A stretch of 57,986 nucleotides of DNA, filler included, from Sphacelaria rigidula (taxonomy: Eukaryota), in assembly GCA_964200075.2 (NCBI GenBank). It is 8 parts of 8 records of this genome, joined end to end, with 100 filler letters (N's around TTAATTAATTAA, not from the genome) between each part and the next. Parts side by side here need not be neighbours in the genome. Positions count along the whole stretch, not along the records: positions 36,307 to 43,466 come from CAXNAA020016196.1; positions 43,567 to 50,726 come from CAXNAA020016197.1; 6 more parts are not named here. One strand, given 5' to 3'. Shown here one piece after another: positions 37,428 through 49,818 of the stretch (positions are counted from its first letter, which is position 1; every line of letters begins with the position of its first letter). A program made the position numbers and the translations under genes. The notes below the pieces were generated by a model. The model made no database searches. It saw only the letters and a list, made by a program, of their open reading frames with translations, and had not been told where the DNA came from.

Positions 37428-40400
37428 GTGAGAGCGTATGGAATAGTGGTGAAAGTGCGACTCGACCCATCTGTGCATATCCCCCCCCGCACCGATGACG
37501 AAAGTACGCGATGATAATTTTGTCATAGTATGTATATTTTTATCACAGAAATACGCAATTGTAAGTGTCATAATCGTTTTGAATCGTTCTACGCTGCAGG
37601 AGAGTGTCCGTTGCAGACAAGAGAACAAAACAAATGGACAAAATGGGTTCCATTTTCCGGAGAGACAAGAAAGGCGTCGAAATTATACTACCCTGTATTG
37701 TGCGGATTTTGCGGGTTGCGTACAAACCTCAGAGCAGGAGCGAGGTGACCCAACCTTAACGAGATTCGACTGACTCCCTCCATGTCAGCTGGCCGCGGCA
37801 TAAAATCGGCCAAGTCATAAGAAGCCTGACGTAGGTAATGGGGGACAAGCGGTTGTTGGTGGGTACGTTGAAACATGAGGGTACCCGGTACTAACGCAAA
37901 CCTGACTTCAACATTCCAACGCCCAACGTCATTCCATCCGTTATTCCGAGCTCCGCGTCCTCAACAACGTTCTCCGCAATGTGGAGTTTTACCGAATCCC
38001 TGAGAATTCCGCGCATTTGTTTTTACCCTAATTCGTCTTCGGGTTTAGAACGCATCTGCGCTCCACAGGGGTTTTGTCTTCGAGCTAGCCGAGCCGTTTC
38101 GTCAAGAGAATTTTGTCCTATTAATAGTGTTTTTTTATGTTGCAATTAGACATTATCTCTTGGGTTTCGTTCCGACTGCACCTGCGACCGCCTTTAATCG
38201 TGGTCGAAACACACAGTGTCGGGGGCTGCTACATGTTGACTCGACTCGCTCGAGGCAAAATATAAACTCAATTTCAGCGGCAAAGAGTTGATTATGACCG
38301 TTTCTGTTGCTGCTGCTGCTCATGCGGCAAAAAACGGAGTTTGTGCTGATGCGCTTCAGCAATGAACGTCCAAGTTGTTGAGATAGTCGAGGGTCATATA
38401 TTGTTATCGCTCTTTGTTGATCGTCTGGTCATTAGGCATGACTGCTTCTCTTTGGAGCGCTCAACCGTGCGGGTGGCCGGCCTTTTGTGGACCTGGCTAT
38501 TTTTCTGGTGTTCGGAATAATTGTTCTGATGAAAGACAGAACGCCTACATAGAAACAGGAGAGTCCAAGCCCCGCGAATCATTACCGCACATATATCCGT
38601 GTCATAGATGTTACACTGCAGTCTAGAGTATAGAGCACCAATAGTCGCGTGATACGGAGGCGTTGCGGATGTGGCTGTGGTGCTGGCGGAGCACTCGGCA
38701 GATACAGCTGCGAGTGCTATGTCGTGTGGTACAAATGCCCCCCACAGGTTCAACCCGCCCGCTCAACCATAGACATAGTCCGCTAAACTTGTCCTAGTCC
38801 ATGAAAGTGTCATCATTAACGCACACAGTTGCCATATTCCGGATTATGAAAAGCCGCCGCGTCCCGGTGATCTGAATTAAAATGGTGCAACTGACGCCAT
38901 GAGGACGTGAAGAACGCGGGTTGGATTCCTGCCAGAAGCGTTCTTTTGTTCCGAGTATCTATTTTTTGTCGTTGAAATCGTGAGGGCGTAAGTGGTGACA
39001 GTAGTTTTGTCGACTGAGTTTGTTCGACGAGAGTAGACGCCGCGCGGGAGGGCTCATCCAATCCGCGAGTTCAAACTGCAAGACATGTGCCGAGGAAAGA
39101 CGGTTTGATCCCTTGAGATCACGGGCTCGTCGTGAGGATGGGAAAGTGTGACTCAAAAAATGATTGCCATACTCCAAATGTCGGCGGAACTGTCAGACCG
39201 GATTCTCGGAACAGAAACACACAGAGACTCTTCGGCGCTAATTGAGTCGAAACTCGGGCTCGGATTCATTGTCGACCTCCGCCGCATGAAGATATAGTAC
39301 GCCATTTTCTGTACTGTGTATACCGTTTCTACCCCGTATTACAATTCCCCTCGGCTATTTTTATGAATAAAATGTTATGCATGATACCGTAAAGTGAACG
39401 TATTGCATGTTACTACAGTATGCGCATTTTCACCGGATAGTACAACATGCAGGCCATTTCAAGAAAGATGTATGCACATGTATCATTTCACATTATTCAC
39501 CACTTTTGCCGAATTTTTCCCGGCGGCGAGGCATTTTCCCCGCGCGTTCTTTTGCAGCGCACTGAAAAGGCTCAGCGGTACATTACCGTTCAGTTTTGGG
39601 TTTCATCTCAAAACTGTGGCGCGTGTTCTGGCCACCGAAAGTCGCTCGAACTGGCCCTTTTTCGCGGGGTGCGATCCCGAACCACTCAAGCATTGTCAAT
39701 ATCATGGGAAACTTGAATCAAGAAACCGAACCACAAAAATAGCCTGTTGAAGGTCATGAAAATCTTCAAACAGGATTACTTTCAGCGAGGTATTTTTCCC
39801 CCGTGTTTCTCTTTGTCGCGTTCTCGTTCATTTGGGAGCACGAACAAACCGGTTATGCCGCCAATGTCATGAGCACATGAGAGCAACACAGTTGAAAACA
39901 GTTGAACACTGAATTGGCCTTAGTCAGCAGCAAACACAAGACCGTGCAATGGGCCGTTGGAGAGTTGAACGAGGCACACAGGACGGCAGCACGGAAAGGT
40001 TTGCCGCAAAAGCGATCGCCCTGTTTTTAAAAAACACCCGGTGATGTGGAAGCCACATTGATGTAAAAAGAACATGCCAAGAACGTTCCACGCATTCCAA
40101 TTTTTCGGGAGTGCCTCCCGCTGTCATGTGTTTGTGGCATGAGAGCTACTTCGCACTCTGGCACCTCGGGAATACCACACATGTCCTACGCCGGCAGTCC
40201 CGCCGTCGGCCTCCGTCCGAATTCTCATATCTCCGAACGACATGAGATCACACATGCGATGTCTTGTACAGCCACGATTACTATACTGTACCTTGACATA
40301 CAACAGCCTTTCCTGACTATATATTTTCGACTTGCGTCACCCCCCGAGTGGCCGTACCAACCTTCCGAAGGGGAAACCTTGTAAAATGTCCAATATTGTG

Positions 40401-40783
40401 CGTAATACGACACTATATGGCATGATGTAACTACTGTGCACACTTACACCAAGGAAAACTCGAGGTACAAGGGATTTAGCCTCTTGACCGCCCGGGTGAG
40501 TCACGTGGGTCCTACATTCTGTTTTCAAGTACAAAAAAGCGATTCCCAATTCCACTTGGTAACCCACCCTGGCGGTGAAGTTGTCAGCAAATAATTACCG
40601 GGCATGCTGGACGAGACAAAACTCTTTGTAAAAAACGGTCGGACGATAGTTGCTTCCTGATTTCTGAGAGCTCTGTTACTATGTTATATCAGGAGGTAAC
40701 GGAATGGTGCTTGCTTCATGTTCTTTGTCGCTCTTCTTGTTTCTTAATTTCTGGAATACATACGTCGACCTGCCCGTGCGCAG

Positions 40784-40885
40784 GTGGGGGGCAATGAAAC
40801 CGTGGTGCTTGCTTGCGCCGAGATCTCCCATTTCTTCTTCTCGGTGGGAATCATCTACTACCTTCTGGTGTTCTTTTCCATTCAG
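40784..40885 (+). CDS. SLAC1/SLAH-like anion channel, next exon
   Basis: GCAG acceptor and CAG|GTACG donor, both phase 0. VG...EISHFFFSVGIIYYLLVFFSIQ matches SLAC1 VG..EVAKFLWAVGFAHYLVVFVTLYQ. Confidence 0.82.
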
Positions 40886-41615
40886 GTACGACGGTGTGTG
40901 GGTGTCATTATTCACCTTGGGTCTAGCGAGCATTGCACAGATCCCACAAAAAACATCGAGTCACTTTACTTTGTGGAACTCGGAACCTATAAACATCGTG
41001 TAATGTTCTTCGAAGTCACGACGTGGCTCGTGTGTGCATGTGGCTGGGCTCATGTTTCTGGCGGTGTTTTCCCGCTTTATGACTCGTATTAGTCGAGTCG
41101 GCCTCGTGAGAAATTGTTTGATTTTGATTGATTGTCGCATTTTAACTGACCCTCTCAGGGATCCAGCCGCGGTCATATGATAGGCGTACCCAAGACGAAA
41201 CAAAAAAGTGAAACAGAAAAAGTAGAATAGAACTTGTAGGCTAAGACGTAATAGAATCGGTACTGTGGTGGTTTACCGCATCGGCCTTAGAAACTATATC
41301 CGGATCGCCATACAGGCTTTTACTTGGTGTTCACTTCACCCGATTATCTGGGGTAGAGGGGGGGGTACTTCTGTGCCGCGGCTCGCCGCAACGCGTTTTT
41401 GGTCCAATCGTGGCCTCGGCAAGCGGCGACGTGAGCAAGAACAACACATACGCTTGGCCTAGAGGACTGTAGTAGACCCCCTTCGCTCGAGCGTTAACCT
41501 TCGTGTTCGCGTCAGCGTCAGCGTCAGCATTAGCGTTAGCGTGTAAGCAGCCGATCATCGAAATTGAGGATGGAGCTTTTCAATGAGGATGAGATCCCGG
41601 AGAAGTAAAATCTTC

Positions 41616-43354
41616 CAAGGGTAGGTCGAGTAGAGTATGTACTTAGGAGTACTCGAGTAAAATACTCAAGTATTTACTCTACTCAACGTTTGAGTAGGTC
41701 GAGTACGGCGTCAAATACTCTACTCAAATTTTGAGTACGTTGAGTAGGGTCTCCAATACTCTTCTCATATTTTGAGTAGGTCGGGTACGACCGCAAATAC
41801 TCTACTCAGATTTTGAGTAAGCGCTCTCAGCAAGACTTGAGCATAGAGTATCACTTGAGTATGATCTCAATACTCTACTCAAATTTTGAGTAGGTCGAGT
41901 ATGGTCTCAAATACTCTACTCAAATATTGAGTAGATGGAGTGCGACCTCAAATACTCTACTCAAACATTGCGTAAGCACTCTCAGTAGTAACACTTGAGT
42001 ATAGAGTACCCCGTGGGTATGGTGAATATCCCTGATAGTCGGCGACTTCGTGACGTCACTTCACAGACTATGATGAATACATGGGCGAACGATGGCCATC
42101 AATTAGATGGGCGGCGTTACATCACAGCCAACAAGCAGTATGAGCGAATGATGGCCATAAAAAAATAAAATAACAAGCGTGCAGGTGAATGAGCCTGCCT
42201 GCCCCAGCGCCACATCTCATCAGCCCCTACCCACGGCAGTATATTCTCGATACCTCGCAACGCCTTCGGTATCACTTTTATCGAGTAATCGAGTAGACCA
42301 GTAGTCGAATAGGTATTATCAAAATGAGTATTTCGTCTCTTGTTGTGTGTGCTTGACATATTGTGAACCCTGAATTTTTGTTCTATGGCGCTGTCATCAT
42401 GTGCTTCATGACCCCTTTCGTCATCAGCTGTTTCCCGTTTTCCCTACTTGCAGGCGGGTGAAACGCGACACATACCCAGTGACGAACGTGTCCGGATACC
42501 CGGGTATGGATTATACGACTATACGCAAGACTTCCACTGCCAATCCTTCGATACGATTTTGACGATTTGCAGTACCCCCGTCAGTTCACACGGTACAACC
42601 CGAACGCCCTTGGACAATACCCCAACATTTATTCTAGCTAGTTTCGTACCATTTGGTTCTGATCCGAATGTTCGCTGAAGTTTGACCTTGTATCAACACT
42701 CATCATGGGTGGGCAACTCGAGGAATACCTCGGTATTTCCTCTACCCGAGTTTGAGTATTTTGCGTACAAACTTGAATATTGAAGTTGAAGTTATCGGTT
42801 TTCGGTACATTGGATCCGACCTCATATATATATATATATACTCTACTCAAATTTTGAGTAGGCCGAGTACGGCCTCAAATACTCTACTCAATTTTTGAGT
42901 ACATTGAGTACGGCCCCCAATACTCTACTCAAATTTTGCGTAGGTCGAGTACGACCTCAAATACTCTACTCAAATTTTGAGTAAGCACCCTCAGTAACAC
43001 TTTAGTATACAATATCACTTGAGTATGACCTCAATACGTCACAAAATTTTTGAGTAGGTTGAGTATGGCCTCAAATACTCAACTCAAATTTTGAGGAGGT
43101 TGAGTACGACCTCAAATACTCTACTCAAATATCGAGTAAGCACTCTCAGTACTACTTGAGTATAGAGAATCACTTGAGTATGACCTCAATACTCTACTCA
43201 AATTTTGAGTAGACTGAGTATGATCTCAAATACTCTACTTAAATTTTGAGTAGGTTCAGTACGACCTCAAATACTCAACTCGAACTTTGAGTGCTGAAAG
43301 TATGACTCTTGAGAAATACTGAGTATTGAGTATACGCTACTCGACCTGCCCTTA
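41616..43354. mobile_element. hAT-type non-autonomous element with internal palindromic tandem arrays (copy 1)
   Basis: TIRs CAAGGGTAGGTCGAGTAGAGTAT ... ATACGCTACTCGACCTGCCCTTA; perfect 8-bp TSD AAATCTTC at 41608-41615 and 43355-43362. Confidence 0.9.
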
Positions 43355-44102
43355 AAATCTTCGTGCCCGCACCAAATCTTCGCAGTACGGTTCCATTCTT
43401 TCACCTACTAACAGCCGATCCTAATTTTTGGGGTTGAAACAAAATATGAGGTTGAAGTCCCATCCCNNNNNNNNNNNNNNNNNNNNNNNNNNNNNNNNNN
43501 NNNNNNNNNNTTAATTAATTAANNNNNNNNNNNNNNNNNNNNNNNNNNNNNNNNNNNNNNNNNNNNTGTCGTTGTGGTGGGGGCGTGGTTTAGTGTGGTG
43601 TCTCTGGGGGCGGGGGCGGGGGGGGGGAGGTGTGGGTGGGCGGGGGGGGGGGTCGCCGTGGCACGCGGGAGTGCTGCAGGGAGCGGATAGGTTGATGACC
43701 TCATGGCACAGAAATGAAGAGGAGGCCAGCCGACTGCATGCGATTGGACGGGAGACAAACGAAGCCCACATAACACAGCAATGACGGCGGCCCAGAGAAG
43801 GGGGGGGTGGGGGGTGACCCCCCCCGATGAGGGGTGTCGTTATGTCATGCAGTGCTTGTCTTAATACACCTGGTATGCTTGTACGTATGGCTGTCCCTCG
43901 GGAGGTCGAAAGATGGAACCTTGCGATTCTTAGTTCTTTGGTTGGTGGTACTTGAGGCCTTGAGTCTCGCCCGTAGTCGAACCCTATGTTCATTTCTACT
44001 ACTTGGCCTCGCGTGTCGAGTTGGAAAGCCGGGTGCCACCCCCTGAAGTTGGAATGGTTACCTGCGGCACCGCATCTTCTGAGGTTAGCCACATGTTTTT
44101 TT

Positions 44103-46048
44103 CAAGGGTAGGTCGAGTAGAGTATGTACTTTCGAGTACTCGAGTAAAATACTCGAGTATTTACTCTACTCGACGTTTGAGTAGATCGAGTATGGCCTCA
44201 AATACTCTACTCAAATTTTGAGTAAACACTCTCAGTAATACTTGAGTATAGAGTATCCCTTGAGTATGATCTGAATACTTTACTCAAATTTTGAGTAGGT
44301 CGAGTACGGTCTCAAATAATCTACTCAAATTTTGAGTAGGTGAGTATGGTCTCGAATACTCTACTCAAATTTTGAGTAGGTTGAGTATGGTCTCAAATAC
44401 TCTACTAAAATTTTGAGTAAGTAATCCCAGTCAGTAATACTCGAGTATAGAGTATCACTTGAGTATGATCTCAATACTTTACTCAAATTTTGACTAGGTT
44501 GGGTATGGTCTCAAATACTCTACTCAAATTTTGAGTAGGTTGAGTATGGTCCCAAATACTCTACTCAACTTTTGAGTAGGTTGAGTACGACCTCAAATAC
44601 TCTACTCGAATATTGAGTAAGCACTCTCAGTAATACTCTACTCAAATTTGAGTAAGCACTCTCGGTAATACTTGAGTATAGAGTACCCCTTGGGTATGGT
44701 AAGTACCCCTGATAGTCGGCGACTCCATGACGTCAGTTCACAGACTATGTTGAATGCATGGGCGAACGATGGTCATCAATTAGATGGGCAACATTATATC
44801 ACAGCAGCCAACAAGGAGTACGAGCGAATGATAGCTATGAAAAAATCAAGAACCGTGCAGGTGAACGAACCTACTTGCCCCAGCGCCCCATCTCACCAGC
44901 CCCCACCCACGGCAGTTCATACTCGATACCTCTTAACGCCTTCGATATCACTTTCAGTACAAAGCGCTACTCATCATAATCGAGTAATCGAGTAGTCGAG
45001 TAATCGAGTAGGTATTATCGAAATGAGCGACTCTACTGGCCACGGTTTGACAAGACAGTTTGACCTTGAATCAATCAACACTCATCATGGGTGGGCAATT
45101 CTAGAAATACCTCGGTATTATTTCCTCTACCCGAGTTTGAGTATCTTGCGTACGAATTTGAATATTGAAGTTGAAGTTTAGCTTTTCGGTACATCGGATC
45201 CGGCTTCAGATATTCCACTCAAATCTTGAGTAGGTCGAGTACGGCCTCCGATACTCTACTCAAATTTTGAGTAGGTCGAGTACGGTCTCAAATACTCTAC
45301 TCAAATTTTGAGTATGTTGAGTACGGTCTCAAATACTCTACTCAAATTTTGAGTATGTTGAGTACGGTCTCAAATACTCTACTCAAATTTTGAGTAGGTT
45401 GAGTATGGTCTCAAATACTCTACTCAAATTTTGAGTAGGCTGAGTACGGTCTCAAATACTCTACTCAAATATTAAGTAAGCACCCTCAGTGATACTTCAG
45501 TATAGAGTATCACTTGAGTATGACCTCAATACTCTACTCAAATTTCGAGTAGGCCGAGTACGGTCTCAAATACTCTACTCAAATTTTGAGTATGTTGAGT
45601 ACGGCCTCAAATACTCTACTCAAATTTTGAGTAGGCTGAGTACGGTCTCGAATACTCTACTCAAACATTAAGTAAGCACTCTCAGTGATACTTGAGTATA
45701 GAGTATCACTTGAGTATGACCTCAATACTCTACTCAAATTTCGAGTAGGTCGAGTACGGCCTCAAATACTCTACTCAATTTTTGAGTAGGTTGAGTACGA
45801 CCTCGAATACTGTACTCAAATTTTGAGTAAGTACCCCCAGTAATACTTGAGTATAGAGTATCACTTGAGTATGACCTCAATACTCTACTAAAATTTCGAG
45901 TAGGTCGAGTATGGTCTCAAATACTCTACTCAAATTTCGAGTACGTTGAGTACGGCTTCCAATACTCTACTCAAATTTTGAGTACTAAAAGTATGACTCT
46001 TAAAAAGTACTGAGTATTGAGTATAATACTCTACTCGACCTACCCTTG
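44103..46048. mobile_element. Same hAT-type element (copy 2)
   Basis: TIRs CAAGGGTAGGTCGAGTAGAGTAT ... ATACTCTACTCGACCTACCCTTG; TSD GTTTTTTT / GTTTTTTC (7/8); different contig from copy 1. Confidence 0.88.
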
Positions 46049-46249
46049 GTTTTTTCTTCTTCATTATTTACCCCTGTTTTGCTTTTATCGCGTTTTTTGA
46101 GTTTTAATTTAGGTCTATTTTATTGTCTTGGTTTTGTTTGATTTCCTCATACCTTATTATAGGTAGCTAGCCTGTGACCACAGAAGGCGTTCGCATCAGA
46201 TGCCCAGTGCGAATGTACCGCGCAGATATCGGAACGGTTTTGAATGTGA

Positions 46250-46575
46250 GGACAAGAACAAGAACAAGAACAAGAACAACAACAAAGTTATCGTCAAGAC
46301 GCCAATATAAGGCACAGGCGCAGACAGCGGGTGTGACTAATCTTACCCGGACGGTAGGTGGGTGTAGGTTGTAGCTTCTCACTCGGTGAAAGGGTATCGG
46401 GACGGACTTTGCAAGGCAGAACACAGAGTGCCTGGGTAGGGGGCTCCGACGAGGAGCCTCCAAGACGGGAGGACAACGATCCCAGACTGGGTATTAAAGG
46501 ATGACAGTCCCAGGGTGACAGGCCCGGGAAGACGGTCCGGGTTGACTAGCCCGGGGTTATGGGTAAGCGGGTCGG
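46250..46575 (-). mobile_element. Probable 3' end of a non-LTR element with a (GTT)/(CTTGTT)n tail
   Basis: A GC-rich segment ends in a simple-repeat tail on the minus strand; no ORF. Confidence 0.35.
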
Positions 46576-47724
46576 GTCATATAGAGCTCAAAATAACATA
46601 CTAAACATTTTGGATTGCTGGCACTACGACGAAGAAAATTAGGAGACTGTTGTTCCTGTGATAGCAGCCCTCTCCGATAAGCAAATCAAGAAGAGGGCCC
46701 CATGCCCGAAACATGAAAAATTGGCCTCGACAGCAATGAGACAACCCCTTTGACGCCCAGAAAGCTTGTTGATCGTCAATATGCGAGTATACAGGCTGCA
46801 CCGACCAAGAACCGGAGAACCCTAGCCCGATTTTTCGAGGTTGCAACTGGAATCTCGATCAAGAGATTTGCAACGTACTCATCGACACATTCCGACCGAC
46901 CGGTCGAGATGTATCGATGAAATGAGCTTGGTCGTGCAAGATCTTTGCAAAGACGCCAAACGGGAGGATCGACCAGAATGTGTCGACAAGAACGTTGCAA
47001 ATCACGCATAAAAACTCGAGGTCCTGACTGAAAAATTGGGCTACCTGTACGCGTAGCGATATGTGCAAATATTTTTCGAAGATTGGTCTGCGTCAAAGGC
47101 TACGTTCATAGCACACAATAGGTTACCTTCCAAATAAAATTTCTACGGTCTCAGATCGTGATCGAACGGTACCATTTTCGATCTAAAAAGTGTGTAGGGT
47201 TTTCACCATAACTATGGAGCGATGAATCACCGAATGAGACGCTCACCGCTTTTGTTCTCACCTCAGGCATATAACGCCCAGAAAAATTGGAAAATTCGCC
47301 ACTTCCGTTCTTCAAGATAATATTTCTGAAGAGAGCAACACGAAGACTTCACACAAACCAGCGTCCACAAGGAGACGCGAGTTTTACGACACCAAACTTG
47401 GGATCTTGAAGGCGGATGGCTACACGTGACCACCCCAACTAAGCGATTACAGCGGTATACCTGGCAAGGTCTTACCCCGGTGGGTGAAGCGGAACGGTGA
47501 GACAAGGAATACGCTCGGCAGTTTGCCGCCAGGCTTTATGACCCACATTATGCTTTCTGTGGACAATGCGTCCTTCGACGTCAAGGCGTCAGTATTGTAG
47601 GTACACAAAGTCGCCAGGTCATACCTTGTCAAGGTACAGAGGGTCTTCGAGTTTTGTCTCAGTGTGGTGGTATGTTTGGCAGGTATTTACTCTCCAGTAT
47701 CCGTGATTTTGCAGCAAGCAGCAC

Positions 47725-48025
47725 ATTTGTTTTTGTCGCACTTTGAACCCCTCCCCTCCTCGGGACGAGTCCATGGTCGCAGAGGATCATCTCATCTCCC
47801 CCTCTGTACACGCCTTGCATTTTGGTCTCGCGGATTGGGTCAGCACTCCCGCACCGCGTCAACTCACGTCAAACAAGCTCAGTCGACTACTTTGTTTACT
47901 CAAGTTCTCACGCTTCCCACGGTCAAAATCACATCCTTCGAAGGAAATACCCAACGCATCGGGAATCGAACCCTCGTTCTCTCCACCCTAATGACGACAG
48001 TCGGACCATGACACCACCGGGGACT
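47725..48025 (-). mobile_element. tRNA-derived SINE family B, short form; further copies or fragments at ~19263-19370, 38885-39160, 49970-50300, 50315-50635, 53640-53800
   Basis: A-box-like TGGTGTCATGG, B-box GGTTCGATTCC, shared body GACGCGGTGCGGGAGTGCTGACC and shared 3' end GGGGTTCAAAGTGCGACAAA. Confidence 0.8.
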
Positions 48026-48570
48026 AGGCTCAACATCAACCCATAACAGCCTGGGGTACCCGCTGCTTCTCTAAACGATGTCGCTTCTCTACAGTCGCCA
48101 AAACTTTGTGCGACAAAACCTAAACTCTCACCAATTTCTCCCAATTACATCAACTGTGCACTACATTGCTACCTAAACACGCTCACCAGGGTTCTGACCA
48201 TTCAGTGTGGCCACCGAACGCCAGCGGACACGAAGGTCGTCAGTCTGGATGCCATGTGCGGCCAAAAATCGAAATACACGTCCATTTTCTTCATTCTCGG
48301 ACCGAAATGAAAAACTACAGCCATCACGCAAGACCGTCTCTAGTGTCCAAATGTACATGCTATTGAGAAAGTCCTACACTACCTACAAGTTTCCGACAAG
48401 AGTAAGACACACTATGGGATGTGGTCCGCTACTAGCGCTATGACCATCCTATGGTGGCCGTTGTTCCTGTTTGCGGCCAACGTGTTGTACAGCTTCACGA
48501 GTGCTTGTTTCGTATCTCGTGCGCCACGGTGGGTGATAGGCACTGCGACGGTCGTGATCGCAAGACGTCT

Positions 48571-49818
48571 CTACGTTGTCCTCGACAAAGATGGTTCTGC
48601 CAAATTGTTAGCACTGCCACCGTCTGCCGGAAGTTTTGGCCGTTTCACCGAAGCACTGTCAGCACCTTCACACTCTACATCATCATCATGAGGCCGCTTC
48701 TTGTTATCGCCGCCCACGCCAACACTAGGAGAGACCGGGCGTGCTGCAGCACCAACGCGATCTTCGTCAGACCTCCCCGCAGCAGAAGCAGCAGCAACCG
48801 TCACTGTGTGCACTGTCGCGGTCGAACTATTGGGACCGGTGTTGTTCATGTTGTCGTCGTTGTTGTTATTGCTGTTGTTGTCACCGCCGCCATCTTTATT
48901 GTTGTTGCAGCTATGTTTGTCAGTGCTGCCGCCACCACTCCGATCACCGCTTTCGTGTTTGCCGTCTGCCCCATCTCTGCTGCCACCACCATCTCCCTCC
49001 CCGCTACGCCCACGAGCACCATCACCATCACCACCGCTGCCACCTCCACTTCTACTTCCAACGGTTGCTGACTCCATCGCAGAACGCTCGTTACCATCTT
49101 TGCCGTCACCCCCACCGCCGTTGCCGGTTGTACCCAAACCCGAACTCTCGGCGGTCTTACCGCCCGACGCATCATGTTGTTGCGGAGGATGTGCCGCTCC
49201 GTGGTTTTCCTGCGGGACAGCAGCCTGCTGCTGTTGCTTGAAAATCGGTTTGGACGATGGATCCTCCACGCGTCGGTCATCATTCGCGCGGCTCATACTA
49301 CCCTCGTCGTTAACATGCTGTCCACCTCCACCCGACACGTCCCCACGGGGTGTCGAAATCGTTTGAGTTGGCTTGTTTTCGCCATCACCATCGCCACCAC
49401 CGCCATGTTTGGTGTGCGGACCGCCGGACCTACCGCCGCCGCCATGCTTGTGGGAACCGCCGGGTTTCATATGGCCACGGGATGCTCCCCCTCCCTTCTT
49501 CTTGTTCACTCCACCGCCCAAGCCACCCCGCTTCGTTCCACCCTTCGTTGACGGCGCCGCCGCCTCCGTTGTTGACCTATCCCGACGTGGAACCCTGACC
49601 GTTTTCCACTCTTGTCCTTGGTGTCGATGTTGTCCTGGTGCTTGATACTGCTGCTGTTCTTGTTGCTGCTGTTGGGTCGGTGCCCCACCGTCATCCTTTT
49701 TGGTGCCCGCAGACTTTTGCACCTCGAGATCGTACCACCCCTCTCGTGTCGCCGCCCCAGGCTCTGTAGACAGGTAGAACAGCCCGTCATCGTCGGAGTC
49801 TGAGGCCCACGGGGCAAC
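48571..49818 (-). CDS. Terminal exon of an unidentified gene; 415 aa, mostly G/Q/N-rich disordered tail
   Basis: A 1248-nt open frame follows an AAG acceptor. It begins VAPWASDSDDDGLFYLSTEPGAATREGWYDLEVQK and contains basic NLS-like KKRP / KRPK. Confidence 0.65.
   Translation of the reverse strand, partial: VAPWASDSDDDGLFYLSTEPGAATREGWYDLEVQKSAGTKKDDGGAPTQQQQQEQQQYQAPGQHRHQGQEWKTVRVPRRDRSTTEAAAPSTKGGTKRGGLGGGVNKKKGGGASRGHMKPGGSHKHGGGGRSGGPHTKHGGGGDGDGENKPTQTISTPRGDVSGGGGQHVNDEGSMSRANDDRRVEDPSSKPIFKQQQQAAVPQENHGAAHPPQQHDASGGKTAESSGLGTTGNGGGGDGKDGNERSAMESATVGSRSGGGSGGDGDGARGRSGEGDGGGSRDGADGKHESGDRSGGGSTDKHSCNNNKDGGGDNNSNNNNDDNMNNTGPNSSTATVHTVTVAAASAAGRSDEDRVGAAARPVSPSVGVGGDNKKRPHDDDVECEGADSASVKRPKLPADGGSANNLAEPSLSRTT

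Noticed and set aside
40704..41003. 99-aa ORF as the coding frame
   Set aside because: The frame starting at 40784 matches SLAC1 and has phase-compatible splice sites; this one does not.
41616..46048. CRISPR array (regular palindromic repeats)
   Set aside because: No unique spacers: the units are contiguous tandem copies. No cas genes, eukaryotic context, and the arrays lie within TIR/TSD-bounded elements.
48451..49645. Long plus-strand ORFs (206, 221, 166 aa)
   Set aside because: Antisense shadows of the GC-rich minus-strand exon; the same applies to ORFs opposite ECM29 and CTR9.
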